Shown here: in pieces, positions 41,501-54,334 of the stretch
How positions within the stretch are numbered: the stretch's first letter is position 1
How the letters are laid out: each line of letters starts with the position of its first letter
The notes under the pieces: generated by a model
Told to the model about the DNA's origin: nothing
Seen by the model: the letters and a program-made list of their open reading frames with translations, nothing else
The model's database searches: none
Made by a program: the position numbers and the translations under genes
Source of the DNA: Intoshia linei
Taxonomy: Eukaryota > Animalia > Orthonectida
Length of the DNA: 64,000 nt
NCBI GenBank assembly: GCA_001642005.1
Contig: LWCA01000025.1
Coordinates: forward strand, 13,739-77,738
Direction: 5' to 3'

Positions 41501-44500
41501 GGTTTATAAATGTGTTATTTTTATTCAATTAATATTTGTGATATATAATTTAAGTAGACGTAAGGCAGTCTTCGTTAAACCAGAACGTGAGATATTTTGA
41601 TTTTTTTAGAATTCTTCAAAATAAATTCACGTTGAAAATCTAATTTAAAATCCTACTATTCACTATTATCAATCCTTTAAAGAAGTGGTTCCCAAATTTG
41701 TGTCAAATGGAAGCATCATATCACATTACTTTTTATTTTAAAGTAAATTATTCCATCTTAATTTTTTGTTTGTTAACATTTGCGTAAAGAATTTTAAAAA
41801 CAATTGTTATCCCATTTTTTTAATTTATTATATCTTATTATATCTTATTATACATCCCGAAAAAAACTGTAATTGAAATGTGGACTTTATAAAATTCTAA
41901 GACTGGTAGTTATTTCAATAAACGATAACACAAACAAATATTGCATAGTATATTATAATATGCTATGATTATATAAGTAAGAACAAAAATCACGTAGCAT
42001 ATTATATAAGTTAAGATTTAATACAATATCTTTACAAATTGGTTAAAAAAACTTCCCGTAAACGCCCTACAAAATTTTGAATATAAGATAATATAAATAT
42101 GAATAAAGAAACTTAGTAAAATTTCGTGAAAAAATCAATGATATAATAAATTAGCAAAATCGATGCTTATGTCGCTTTCAGATGTATCGCTCCAACAATA
42201 CATCGCTCAAATTTAAATTTAAATCAAATTAATGTCGCTCCAGAGAATAAACGTTAAGATAAACTATGGATCTATAGTTTTTATTCCATTATTAATTAAT
42301 GTCCAGTCTGGTTAATGTTTTTTGAAAAATAAAATTTTTAAAACACTACCAACATATTTAGACATTCATTAGTCATCCTGTGTGACATGGATTTTTATTT
42401 TAATGAAAAAGTTGACACCCTACACATACATGTACCTTTGTTGTATTGTGTCCAGTGAACAGTGTCTACTGAAAAGGTTAAAAATAGGAAAATTACTTTG
42501 AAATTGGCTCAATCGCAGTATTACATGAATCCAATTCTGCATAATCTAAGAAATGTATTAATTTATATTATAAATAAGCATCGTATCGTTTAAATTACCC
42601 ATATCAGCATCATTATTTAATTGATTCTAAAATGGAATCAAATTTTTCAAGTAAATTTTTAATATAATAGCTACACTTTTTTATAATACAGATAAAACGT
42701 ACATGATTATCAAAAACACTGCTTTCAGAGATGATGGGTAATTTAGAATCAATAGACATATTATGTAAGGCATAATTTAATAATTTCGGATTAATGGTAT
42801 CACGTGCGGCCTGCAAATTGCTCATATGAACATTTCCTCTATCAGACGATAAATCATTTGGGCGCATTGTTTCAAAAACCGGGCTATTTTGAGATTTAAA
42901 ATTTGGTTTTTGAATAAAATCGCTCTTTTTCACAAAAGAATTTATTCTCATACTAGTAAGAGTATCTTCATTCATATTATTACTTAAATATTGATAGTTA
43001 TGCGAAATTGATCTAAATTGAATAATTTTATTATTTCAATTTTTATTTTTAACTGAAATATCTAATCTAATTAACTCAATATCAAATAAAACGTACAAGT
43101 TTCACTTACAATTTAGTATAGGTTGACATTATATCTTTTTAATTACAGTCCATCAAAGATTATTAATTACGAATTACTACTTACCATTGTACAGTGGACA
43201 CAACAATTAATGTTTTTAAAAAAATTAAAAGTTAAAAAGATGCACCTTTTAAAATGTTACCTATTATAATTTTTTTGATTCTCTGATTTATCCATAGTCA
43301 GTAAATATTCAATATTGGGCGTAATCTTAGTATTCTCGAGGTCGAAAGAATCGGGTGAAAAGGAATCTACACTATCTATTATAGTTTTTTGTTTACAGAG
43401 CGTATTATCGTTAAATATTGTAGCAGATTGGTGCCTGTATTGTTCACTAAATTGTTTTTGCTAAAAAATTGTAAAGATTAATACTGTTCTACAGGTTTTT
43501 TCTTGATATTAAAAAATTTTCTTATCCTAGTTTTAAGTTTATCCTTCATATTCAATTGATTTGTAGATTGAGTTTTACGTGCTGTACAGTATAAATGTAA
43601 ATACTATGTAAATATTTTACTTACTTTGATAGAATTGAGAATTAATCTAAAAATAAAATGAAATATTTTTCAATGATATACTAGTATACTTTATTTAAAC
43701 AACTTTGTCGATGCTTGTATTCTTCCAAAGTTGGAATCTGACTTGGTCTCTTTGATAGTGTCAAACGCAAACATGAGTCTCGTGAGTATGAAATTGATTT
43801 TCGCTTTATTTTATTTTGATTGTTTACATCTTCGGAAAATGTATCTCCAATATCTGCATCGATTTCATTTTCGTAGACCGTTTCATTTTCAATTTCTTTC
43901 ATTTGCTTATATGAATCTCGATGCGCATTTCCAATTCTTGTACTAGTTAATCTAGATGGTTCTTGAATGTCAGGGAATGTGCGAGTCAAATACATGCTAC
44001 CTAAAGATTTTTTTTAAGTATACATTTACATTTTCAATGGTTTGGAATTTATAAATTTTATTAAATTATTTTCAAAATATTTTGTATTTTATGTTAACAG
44101 ATAACACTGGAATTATCGACATTTTAATTGTCCCACGATTTCTAATTAGAGCGCTACTATTCACAATACTCGTTAAATTTAATATAAATTGTGTAATTTA
44201 TTTTACATATAATACGACAATCAGTGTCTATATTTCAATACCTTTCATTACATACATTGTACAATTATTTTATAATGTTATTTTAGTACAATATAGTAAA
44301 AAATAATATAAAGTATGGTTTTTAAATATGTGAATCAATATGACAGCATTGTCATAATTTTATCAATACCACTCGTGGATATTTTATTTCAAAATCCTTA
44401 TAAACCCATAATTCACCTTATTTAATTTTTTGTCCTATTTTCAATTTGAAATTTAAAACTTTTTTTAGGACTATAAATTGGCCTGGGTCATAAATTTTAA

Positions 44501-45762
44501 TATAATAATTAAATAAAACCGCTGCTCCTAAAATAGAACAATGGAGGTTTCTCAATAAGTTTTTACACTTGTAAGTAATTTAATACTAAAGAATTCACTT
44601 TTACATGATTTTCACGTTTTATATTAGTATTTCTGAGCCTTTATGTTTTAAAAACAACTTTATGTTACTGAAAATGTCTATAATATGTAATAAATGTATA
44701 TAATTTTCATGGACCCCCAAAAAAGTGCTGTGGACCCCATTGAGAATGGCTGATATACACAGCATAATTTTTGAAAACTTTATTCTTTTATTTTCATACA
44801 TTTTCACATAGGTAATTTATAAATAATACAAGTTTAAATTAAAACATAAATTCCAGGCGTGTGGTGATACATGAAATTGCATCAGACAGTGAAAGGGTTA
44901 AGATATAAATGTGAAGTATTTTTTAATAAATTGGGGCCTCTTTTTAAGATATAAATGTAAAGTACTTTTATTAATTTGGGGGCACTTTTTAATGAGGGGC
45001 CCTGGGCTACAGCCCATATTGCCCATACCTTAAAACGGTTCTGGTGTTAACTATCATACAGTGCGCGACATGAGTCTTAGGCACCCTACACATACTCATT
45101 ATAAACCACTATAAATTTAACAAGATGCACCTGATGGGTTGTCGTACTACTCTAGAGAAAAAATATTTCCTTCATTATAATGAATTAGATAACAATGTCA
45201 TGAAGGTATCGTGATTTAAACATCATTTGGAACAAATAGAAAATCCGATGTATACTTCAAGTTAGTTAAAGTTAACTCTAAAAAATACACCAAGAAGCAC
45301 TTGATATGTTCTTGCCAAAATAGATACAGCTTATTCCAATTCATTAGATACAAAAATTCAACCTCAGAATTAAAGTATTTCAGATGAAAAATAACATTTA
45401 ATATATTACATATTATATTTAGAATATCGATATTTTTCAATATAAATTAGAAATGAAAATTTTTATTATACAATTTGTCAATTTATAAAACAAAAATGTC
45501 AATCATACTTATTAAAGACATAATCAAAATATTAAACTAACCTGCAAAGATAAATAAACTAACCTCCAACAAATAAATCTCCATTTAATGTGGATGAACT
45601 AGATTCTTTACTTAATATACTCTTTGCATAACTAGAATCATTGTAATCAATTATGGTTGCTTCATTTTTTTCTAAATGTAAAAATTTTTTGATACTTTTA
45701 ATTTTGTTCTTGGGCTCAACTTTAGTGTTCACAAACACATTCCCGGGTCGATAATCTTTCAT
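38526..45762 (-). CDS. Tensin-like protein with C-terminal SH2 + PTB domains and no PTEN/C2 region
   Basis: Spliced by hand from many small exons. SH2 WFMPSISKVQ|AEMQLRKGRTGNFIIRRSVSIENAYDLAV..HYLILSTKQGLKI..Y|NSLTSLIHDH..LAVKLILP; PTB CTFQFGNNGLVITDSGRL|KFFRIHYYLN..NCILFAEID, matching tensin [33 protein letters not shown]. Stop at 38526. Confidence 0.8.
38939..39285. mobile_element. hAT-type MITE in the last tensin intron
   Basis: TAGGGGTGTCA ... TAACACCCCTA ends; repeated CGCGGGCCGCAC subterminal motifs. Confidence 0.7.
41600..42016 (-). mobile_element. Internally deleted Helitron-like copy with a duplicated 5' end
   Basis: Matches 1560-1760 joined directly to 3595-3710. Confidence 0.7.
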
Positions 45763-45865
45763 TTAAAATAATGTCTATTTGAAAAACAAATTTAAATGTT
45801 TGTAAATAAATAAAACAATTTTATTTTAGTCTTGAATAAATAAATTTCTATACATATTTACAATT

Positions 45866-48800
45866 TTACATTTTTTGTTTTTTTGAATATGTGTTTCGGT
45901 GCTTGTATTTGCTCTTTCTTTTCCCATTACTCTAAAATTATATTAAATTGAAATTCATACATTTAATGCATTTTTAAAATAAAATTAAAATTTACCGAAC
46001 TATTCATTTTAGAAATAACCATATTTTCCCAATATTTTTCTTCATCTTCAGTGTTTAACTTTCCGATAGTAAATTTAGTATCTAAATTGTACTCAAACAT
46101 TTTGTCGGAATTTTCTTCAACTTTTGATGTAAATTTATCAGAATCATTTTCTTCTCTGAATCGGACAACAATCTAAAATTACAATATAAATATATAAATA
46201 AAAGTATTCAAAGCAGTATTCTCCATATAACTCGCCGTATCAAAGTTGCACTAGCGATTTTTAGACACAAAAAAATGTAATCAAATAATATATTGATAGT
46301 AATCAACTCTACGAATAGATAGGTAAACTACAAACACCTAACATGTCAATTAATAAAAATTTTATAAATTTAGGTAATTCATCGTAAAAATGTAATCAAC
46401 GTACGCCATACTATGTAAATAAATAAATGTGACATAATTTTGACAATTTTTGATGAATGGCAATGTGTACTGTTAATAGTGTTAGCATAAAAAATGGGAA
46501 GAATCTAGTCATAATGTAATATAAAAATTCGACAATGTTGGTTCATACAAGGTTCTATTTTGTACATCTCTATATAAAAAAAGTTGTAATACGTATAAAT
46601 AAAATGTAATCAATTTTAATTCTAATTAAAAAGATTAAACTAAAATAAATATCACGTAATGACCTTTTCCTGTATTTCCATATATAGAAATGTACAAAAT
46701 AGATAATAAAAAAAAATTAAATAGTTAAATATATTGAAAACCTTGTCAGCGTTTAGATCGACCCAATCGACTTGGCATACTTGGCACAGTTTCTCTTTCA
46801 GTATTTTTAAATCAACACTCTTTAAATTATTACCGATCAATGTTACTAAAATGTTGGGTTTTTTGTATTTTTTCAGAATCTATAAAGAAAAATAAATAAA
46901 AATATAAAATTAATCAGTACAAAAAATTCACTTTTTCAAAAATTGTATTTATTAAATTTTCTCATCTCAATCCCTTGACATATTCAATTGTTTTCTATGG
47001 TAAAACAGCAAATAAAAAAATTAGAAAAAGCGAAGTGATTTTTTACATGAGTACTCATTGAGCACTAAAAATAAAATATATAAACACGCCCATTACAATT
47101 ATATTTCACATATTTCAGTTTCATGTTATATCTCATTACTCATTTTTATTACAATATTAATCTAAATGATTAGTTATAAAGTATAATTAAATACACATTT
47201 TTCATTTCGAAATCGGACAAAATCTGGGATTACATTTTGAAATACTTAACCAAAAAAAATTATTTTCATATCATTGTATGCAGTTTAATTTAATTAATAA
47301 TATAAAATTTTATAACTTAATAAGGGTCAAGATGAAAAAATTTGATCTAACGAGTAAAACTGAATTCAAAATAGTAATACAATATGTAATTTAATTAAAA
47401 ATATGCAAATTTTTAATGCATTCTATATATAAATTGAATCAGTCCCTGGTTTATTATTTGTAATTTCATAATTTTTTTTAACATACACATTCTCGTTGTT
47501 CATCAATTTTTGATTTATTTCTAAATTCAACATTGTAGTGATATACTTTTTTATATAATTTTAGTACTATAGCCAGCAGAAGAATGGTCGTAAGTAAGGT
47601 ACCACTCAACTGTAAAATTAGTTGTGAACTATTTGGAGTCAAAAATAATTTTTTATAAAATTGATTCTACTGATATCGCGTAATTAAAGCCAGGGTCGCC
47701 GAGAGACAACAGTGGTCCCAGTTAAATGAAAATTGAGGCCAACATATACAAATTAAAAAGTGTTAAATTCAAACTTTTTATATTTTTACTCTACTGAAGA
47801 AAAAAACTTTCTCTCCACCATACAAAAATGTTTCTAACAACCAATTCTTTTCAAATCATAACCAATGGTAATTGGTCATTAAGGGCTGAAGCCCCACCAC
47901 AATTTTGACCAATATAAAAAATTTTCATAATTTTAAAATATATATTTCGTATAAAAATAATAAAAATCTACATTGTACATTAGGGTAGAAGTTATCAACC
48001 TTTTAAACCAACGCCACCAATACACTAGTATTCATAAATGTCTTAAATCTAGACTCTAAATCAACGCGCCTCTATGATAAAAAAAACTATCCTAACTTAT
48101 ATAATATGCTACGCGATTTTTGTTTGTGTGTGTTCCACTTTATTGAAATAACCACTAGTCTTAGAATTTTATATAGTTCACATTTCAATTACAGTTTTTT
48201 CCGGGACGTATAATAAGATAAATTTCAACCTCCAAGCTCACATCTTACGGGTCAAAAACCCCAATTGTCCCTCTTTTTGAAATTCAAACGAGTTAGAGAA
48301 TTTAAAAAACGGTTTTATGATATTGGTATTTATATCTCTTCTTTAACATATTTCAATTTTTTTTGTATCTCTACTCAATATTTTATTTAAAATTTCAGTT
48401 ATAATATTATATTAATATTATGTATTATATATTATTTAATATTCAGTAAAAATATCAAACATGTATTTTATATTTTTGGTTGAAGCGCACCGAAATGTTA
48501 AAGAAGCGCCTAAGTGTAAAAGTCATATTACAGTTCAATACATGCAACACACATATTCTTGCAACCGACCAATTATTTTGTCTACGAGCCGCCACTGATC
48601 GTAGCTTAACTTTTTTATTCATGTATTTTTAGTATTTCAAAGTCATTTTAAAAACATCTGAAAAAACTAACAATATAATCTGAAAAGTTACATAATTTTT
48701 TAAATTATGCTTGGTCAGTTACAAAAAAATACAGAATTTTAATTAAACTAAACTATACAAACGTGACATTGAGTACTAGGCCATAATTAAGTCCAATATA

Positions 48801-50591
48801 TGGAAAAGATCGGTAATTATTAACAAATAGTAATACAAAACAATATAATACTAGTTAATCTAAATTTTAGATGAAATTTTTTTGTAGATTTAGAAAAAAA
48901 TATTTTTTCAGAAATGGAAATATCATACGCGTTTATAACGTACTAGGACCAAATTAATTGAAAAATCATACCACTACTGAGTAATTTTATATAAATGTAT
49001 CTATCTAAAGATATTACTTACGTTTAAATAGAAAAATTGAATACATTTCGAAAACTGTCATTAAAATGGATCCAGCGTTAGAAAAAGTTAACAAACTAAT
49101 AGACTAAACTTGACAAACTTAAGAAATTTTTGACAATTCATTTTTCCATTTCAACATTTAAAAATGATATTCCATTATATCTTTCAAAATAACATAATAG
49201 TAAAGACAACAAAACCCTTGAGAAAAACTCATCACATCCCTAATAAAGATAAATGTATCATTAAAAATGAACATAAATAATATTATAAATTACAATTTAT
49301 CCTTTTCATTTTTTCGCTTTTCTATCATGTCCAAAAAATATTCTTGTCTAATAAATTATAATAAAAACAAACCAATAAATATTTTTTATTGAAATTTCAT
49401 AACGTATTTAGTTTATCGTAAAATAAAAAAATTGATGTCCTCAATGAACAAAAAAGACCTATTTTCACAGAGATGTATAAAATGTTTAAATTTAAATCAC
49501 ATCACATCAACCTAATTAAAAAACCTATACAACCTATATTATACATGTATGATATAGCCTAATATAAACACAGTGAAGAGTCACCAGTAGGCTCTATATT
49601 CAAACAAAAATGTCCATCGGATCAATAGATACTTTTCCGTATAAGACATTTATAATTTAAAATATTAGACACATTAATGATTGAGCCTCCCATAATGGTG
49701 TCTAATGATTGCTGCAAAGTTCTATCTATAATAAAAACTTACTGAGTCATTTTTTTTATTGATATATCAGAATCAAGATATTTTAAATCTTTAACCAAAA
49801 CAAATTTTTCAACGTCTTCAAGTTTTGAAAACACAACAAATGCAGATCCCTAATTAGATGTAAAAAAATATAAAATATATATACATTTAACTTTCGGTGC
49901 ATATCACGCGTTAAGAAAATTAGTTCTACGTCACCGTGTTTAGAAATATATTTTTCTACATTATCCAAAGTTAAATTTATAATAGGGAATCCGGACTAAA
50001 CGAAATTTTAAAAAATATTTAAATGATCTTACAATAAAAACAGTTTTTTCGTCAATTTGTTTTTGCAAATCTGCCGTATCTTTAGGGAAAGCTTTAGAAA
50101 TACAACGTCTAATTTTGATAAAATCTTCCGACACTTCGATAAAATGATCATTCTTAAAAACATCTCCAATGACTGCATTTTCTATTTTCATTTCTTTTAA
50201 CTTTTTAAAAGTTTGTAAAACATCCAATTTCACCCCTAAACGGAAATTAATATGAATATTTAAAACTATATGAAATGAATACTAAATAATGATGAACTAC
50301 AATCAGTACAGTAATAATATAATTATTTAGTGCTAAATTTCAAAAAATGAAGATCCCAACTTTTCAAAAGTTTCGTTGAGTTGGCGCATAGAGTCTCGGT
50401 GCGGTAAATTAGGCTGGTAAACTCTAGGCTCAGACTTTTCATAATCGGAAAAAAATTCTAGTAATTCAAAAATAAAAATAATTACATCCATCCTTATCCA
50501 TGCTACTTCTCAAAAATTTGTCTCGAAGTAGATTTGAATCACTAAAGTAAAACAATACTTGCTTCCTTATTTGTTTAGTATCAACTGTCAT
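45866..50591 (-). CDS. SSB: La autoantigen (La motif + RRM1 + RRM2)
   Basis: Exons 50591-50486, 50235-50033, 49995-49885, 49849-49743, 49347-49294, 47520-47487, 46879-46742, 46172-45996, 45931-45866 join in frame. QVLFYFSDSNLLRDKFL, WVKLDVLQTF; RRM1 TVFISGFP..GSAFVVF is La-type rather than LARP7-type; EDEEKYW. Confidence 0.9.
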
Positions 50592-50742
50592 AATAAAAAT
50601 AAAATAAAAAATTAAAATTTTTCAAAAATACTCGATATATTACGATAATATAAAAATAAACGTTACTAAGGAGAATTTTAACAAATTAGATTAAACAAAA
50701 TTCTATTGATAAATTGTTTACGATAATTATAATTGAATGGAC

Positions 50743-50836
50743 GTCAAGAATATGACTAAGAGCCACATACTTAGATATCTGATTTCTCATGTGCTCATTT
50801 ATCATGGTCAGTAGTATTCAGTACTGATTTTTTGAC
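50743..50836 (+). ncRNA. Candidate structured small RNA (possible C/D snoRNA) between La and PHB1
   Basis: 8-bp terminal stem GTCAAGAA/TTTTTGAC; CTGA at 50779 and 50824; 12-nt segment ATACTTAGATAT complementary to the conserved 18S sequence AUGUCUAAGUAU. Box C is imperfect (ATGACTA). Confidence 0.3.
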
Positions 50837-51276
50837 AATTCATACAATTACACTGCGTATTTTGTTGACTGTTGTCTGAGAATAGAAAATTAAATTTTAT
50901 TTGTAATATTTAAATGTTCGAAGCTGATTTCATAAAAAATTGTGATTAACACACGAAAAATAAAAGTGAAAAAATAAATTTATTTTATAATTAAGTATCA
51001 GTCATTTATATTAAGCGAAAAAGTTAAAAAAATTAAACATAAACAATTATGTTCAAGGTTACATAATTTAAACTTTACATTTCACAGATTTTAAGAAAAA
51101 CAATATTTTTTAAAAAACAAAAAATATATAAAAAAGACGATAATAAAAAAAACTATATTACTAAAGAGAATATAAAAAATTTAAATTTTAGATGTTTAAA
51201 TTAAACAAACATTTTAAATAAAATTAACTTTACTATCAAAACCTTAATCACCACCAAATTATCGTCAATTATTTAA

Positions 51277-54200
51277 ATGACATCAAAATTCTTTACAAAT
51301 TTGACACGATTGGGCGTCAGTTTAGCTATAGCCGGTTCTGTTGCAGGATCTGCACTATATAATGGTTGAAACAGTATATTTGGTCTTTTATAAATTTAGT
51401 GGACGGAGGTCACCGAGCCATAATTTTTGATAGATTTTCGGGTATTAAAAAGTGTGTCATTGGCGAAGGAACTCATTTTCTAATACCATACGTTCAAAAA
51501 TCTATAATTTTTGACGTAAGAAGTCAAGCCAGATCTATACCAACTATAACTGGAAGCAAAGGTTTTATGACTATTTTTAAATTGTTTATTTAATTATAGA
51601 TTTGCAAAATGTTAACATTACTCTTCGTATCTTATTCAGACCTGTACATGAAAAATTACCCTACATTTATAAAAATATTGGTATTGATTATGATGAACGT
51701 GTTTTACCTTCTATCGTCAATGAAGTATTAAAGTCTGTAGTTGTAATTTAAATTATCATTAATTGTATTATTATTTTTATTTGAAATGCTTTTTTAATGG
51801 TTTTATAGGCTCAGTTTAATGCTAGCGAATTAATTGGTCAAAGGGAAATGGTGTCACAAGAAATTACTGAACAGCTAGTTGAACGAGCTCAAAATTTTGG
51901 AATTAAAATTGATGATATTTCTATTGTGAGATTGCTTCTTTTAGTAGTGATTACTTTTTAGACACATTTAACATTTAGTAAAGAATTTATGTATGCCGTT
52001 GAAAAGAAACAAGTTTCTCAGCAGGAAGCCGAAAAAGCAAGATATATTGTAGAAAGGGTAAATTTTCATTTTTACTAAACTATTTATGGTGTACTTTTGG
52101 TTTTGTGTTAAATATTTTATATTGCGATGTAATCACATGTAAATAAATTAGAATAATATCATTTTGGCGTTGTTTGAATAACCCGTAGTATTTTTAGTAT
52201 ATTAATTTTTGTAATGAGTTATGTTGTTTTATTTTTTATTGCGTATATCAATGTCGAATATATTAATATATCTTTAGGAAGAATATATGAAAAAAGCAGC
52301 TATAATCACTGCAGAAGGTGAAGCAACTGCTGCTAGGGTATTTAAGTTATTTTATATTATTGAAAACATTTTTTCCGTGGCACAACTTAAAGGTTTTTTT
52401 AAAATTAGGACATTTTCCAATTTAAGTTTTAAATTATTAACGGAATCAGCACTTTATAAACATATTTCTGGTTAGTTTTCCAACTTTTCTTTTATAAAAT
52501 GGAATGTCTGTTACCATTTATTTAAAAAATTGACAGTTGTAGAATTTTAAAAAAAATTCAATTTCTAATACAGTTTTCCCACAGCGTGTTTATATCTATA
52601 TTTATATTTCTAGTTTCTAAATTTGAGTCTTCAGGATCAAAACCACAATTTTTTTTTTTTTTTTAAATAAATCAGCTCAAAAATTTAATAAAACATATTC
52701 TGGGGCGCGTTTTAAAATCATTAATATTTTTGTAAATCTCAGCCTTAAGAACGCATACCTTCATGGTCAAAACCACAAATTCCACTTTGTCTTAAAAAAA
52801 GAAACATGTCCTAAAATGCTATAAAACATAAATTTTGGAATAGTTTATATTTTTATAGAATAAATATATATAATATCATAAGAATTATAACAAATGGCCA
52901 CCTCAAAAAAGTCCATTTTGATTATCAAAAACTCCAGATTGCCATTTTTTTAAGAAATGAAAATAGTCCTATAATTTATAAAATAATTACAATTGTCAAA
53001 GATATTCAGTGAACACACACAAAAAAAATTTTAATCTAACAAAGTGACGTCTTCACGGTAAAAAAAACACTTTAGTTAAAGTTAGAATAAATTTTAAGCC
53101 GAAAACTTTTTCTCATTATAGATAAGTAGTTTTGGTTTTACATTTAACACTAAGTTGAATTTACGATACTAAAATTGATAGTACGTATTCTGGCCATTTT
53201 ACTTTAGGAAAATATTCTTAAACCAAACCATTTTTACTCAAATCCAACCATTTTTACTAAAAATCCCCTTTTACAAACCCCTAAGGAAAAATCCAAATTT
53301 TACCAACCCTTATGGGAAAAAGAAAATGCAAACAGCGTGCTTGAAGGGCTGAATTTTCTGAAACAGACATGCAAAAAAAGAGGTAAACAGTGTATAATTC
53401 AAACAATTACGACTGACGAAGGCAAGGCATATCAAAAAACTATGCAAACTGTTGGTAGTTCCACCATATGGTTGGTTTCACGTGAAAACTTTGATTAAAT
53501 CTGATGCTTCCGGGATAACTTGTTTGTCACTAATCTTACTATTTGATAACTTCATTTTGTTTTATTTGTGATATTGAGTTTTTATGGTATACTCCTCAAT
53601 TCTGTAAAACTGGATTTTTCCCTTTAGTGTTGGTAAATTTTGATTTTTAGTAAAAATGGTTAAAATTAAGTAGACACCCTTACTTTAGTATTCATTTTTT
53701 TTAATATGACACTATATTAAACCAAAAAAATTTGAAATACTTAATGGTCCTAAATTTAAAAAAAAAAATTATTCTGATACAGCTTATTCCAATTGATACA
53801 AATAAAAAATTTTAACCTCAGAAATCTACGCATTTCCGATAAAAAATTATTTTCAATATGTTTAACTTTTTTTTATATAACTAAGGACTATTTTTTTAAA
53901 TAAAATATCAATTTTTTTTTAAACACAGTTTAAGAATCACTAGTGTACTTACGAAAAATCTTATACCTTTGACAAAAAAGGTTTCATATACTAGTAGTAT
54001 GCCAACCAAACTGATTAAGTACATATCGTTGACATTTTAGTTTACATCATGATTGGAATTTAATGCCAATTAATATAATTAGTGTTGACTTATACTAAAT
54101 ATTACACATACATTTCAATAAAATGTGTTTAGATGATTGGTGGTGCATTAGCAAAAACTGGTAACGGCGTTGTAGAAGTAAGAAAAATTGATGCTGCCGA

Positions 54201-54285
54201 AGAAATTGCCAAGATATTATCTCGATCCCCTAATGTTTCCTATTTACCTTCAGGTCAAAATACTTTAATAAATATTCCAAGATAA
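51277..54285 (+). CDS. PHB1: Prohibitin-1
   Basis: Exons 51277-51364, 51400-51561, 51600-51742, 51809-51925, 51962-52057, 52278-52337, 54133-54285. [59 protein letters not shown]. Confidence 0.97.
52490..53860 (+). mobile_element. Helitron-like copy in PHB1 intron 6 with two nested insertions
   Basis: Homologous to the family above. Contains a partial 9-bp-TSD MITE and an element at 53208-53680 flanked by TACTTTAG with a 20-bp inverted repeat AACCATTTTTACTAAAAATC. Confidence 0.6.
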
Positions 54286-54334
54286 TAAATTGTACATAAA
54301 TATTTAATAAAATATTTACAAATTGTAACTTATA

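Noticed and set aside
50420-50445. GAAAAGTCTGAG (- strand) resembling RNase P RNA CR-I
   Set aside because: No downstream TCAGAC-type CR-V partner in the intron to form the P4 helix.
45866-50591. LARP7 as an alternative identity (EEKYW motif in RRM2)
   Set aside because: RRM1 has the La-type GFP and GSxFVVF signatures, and the RRM1-RRM2 linker is short.
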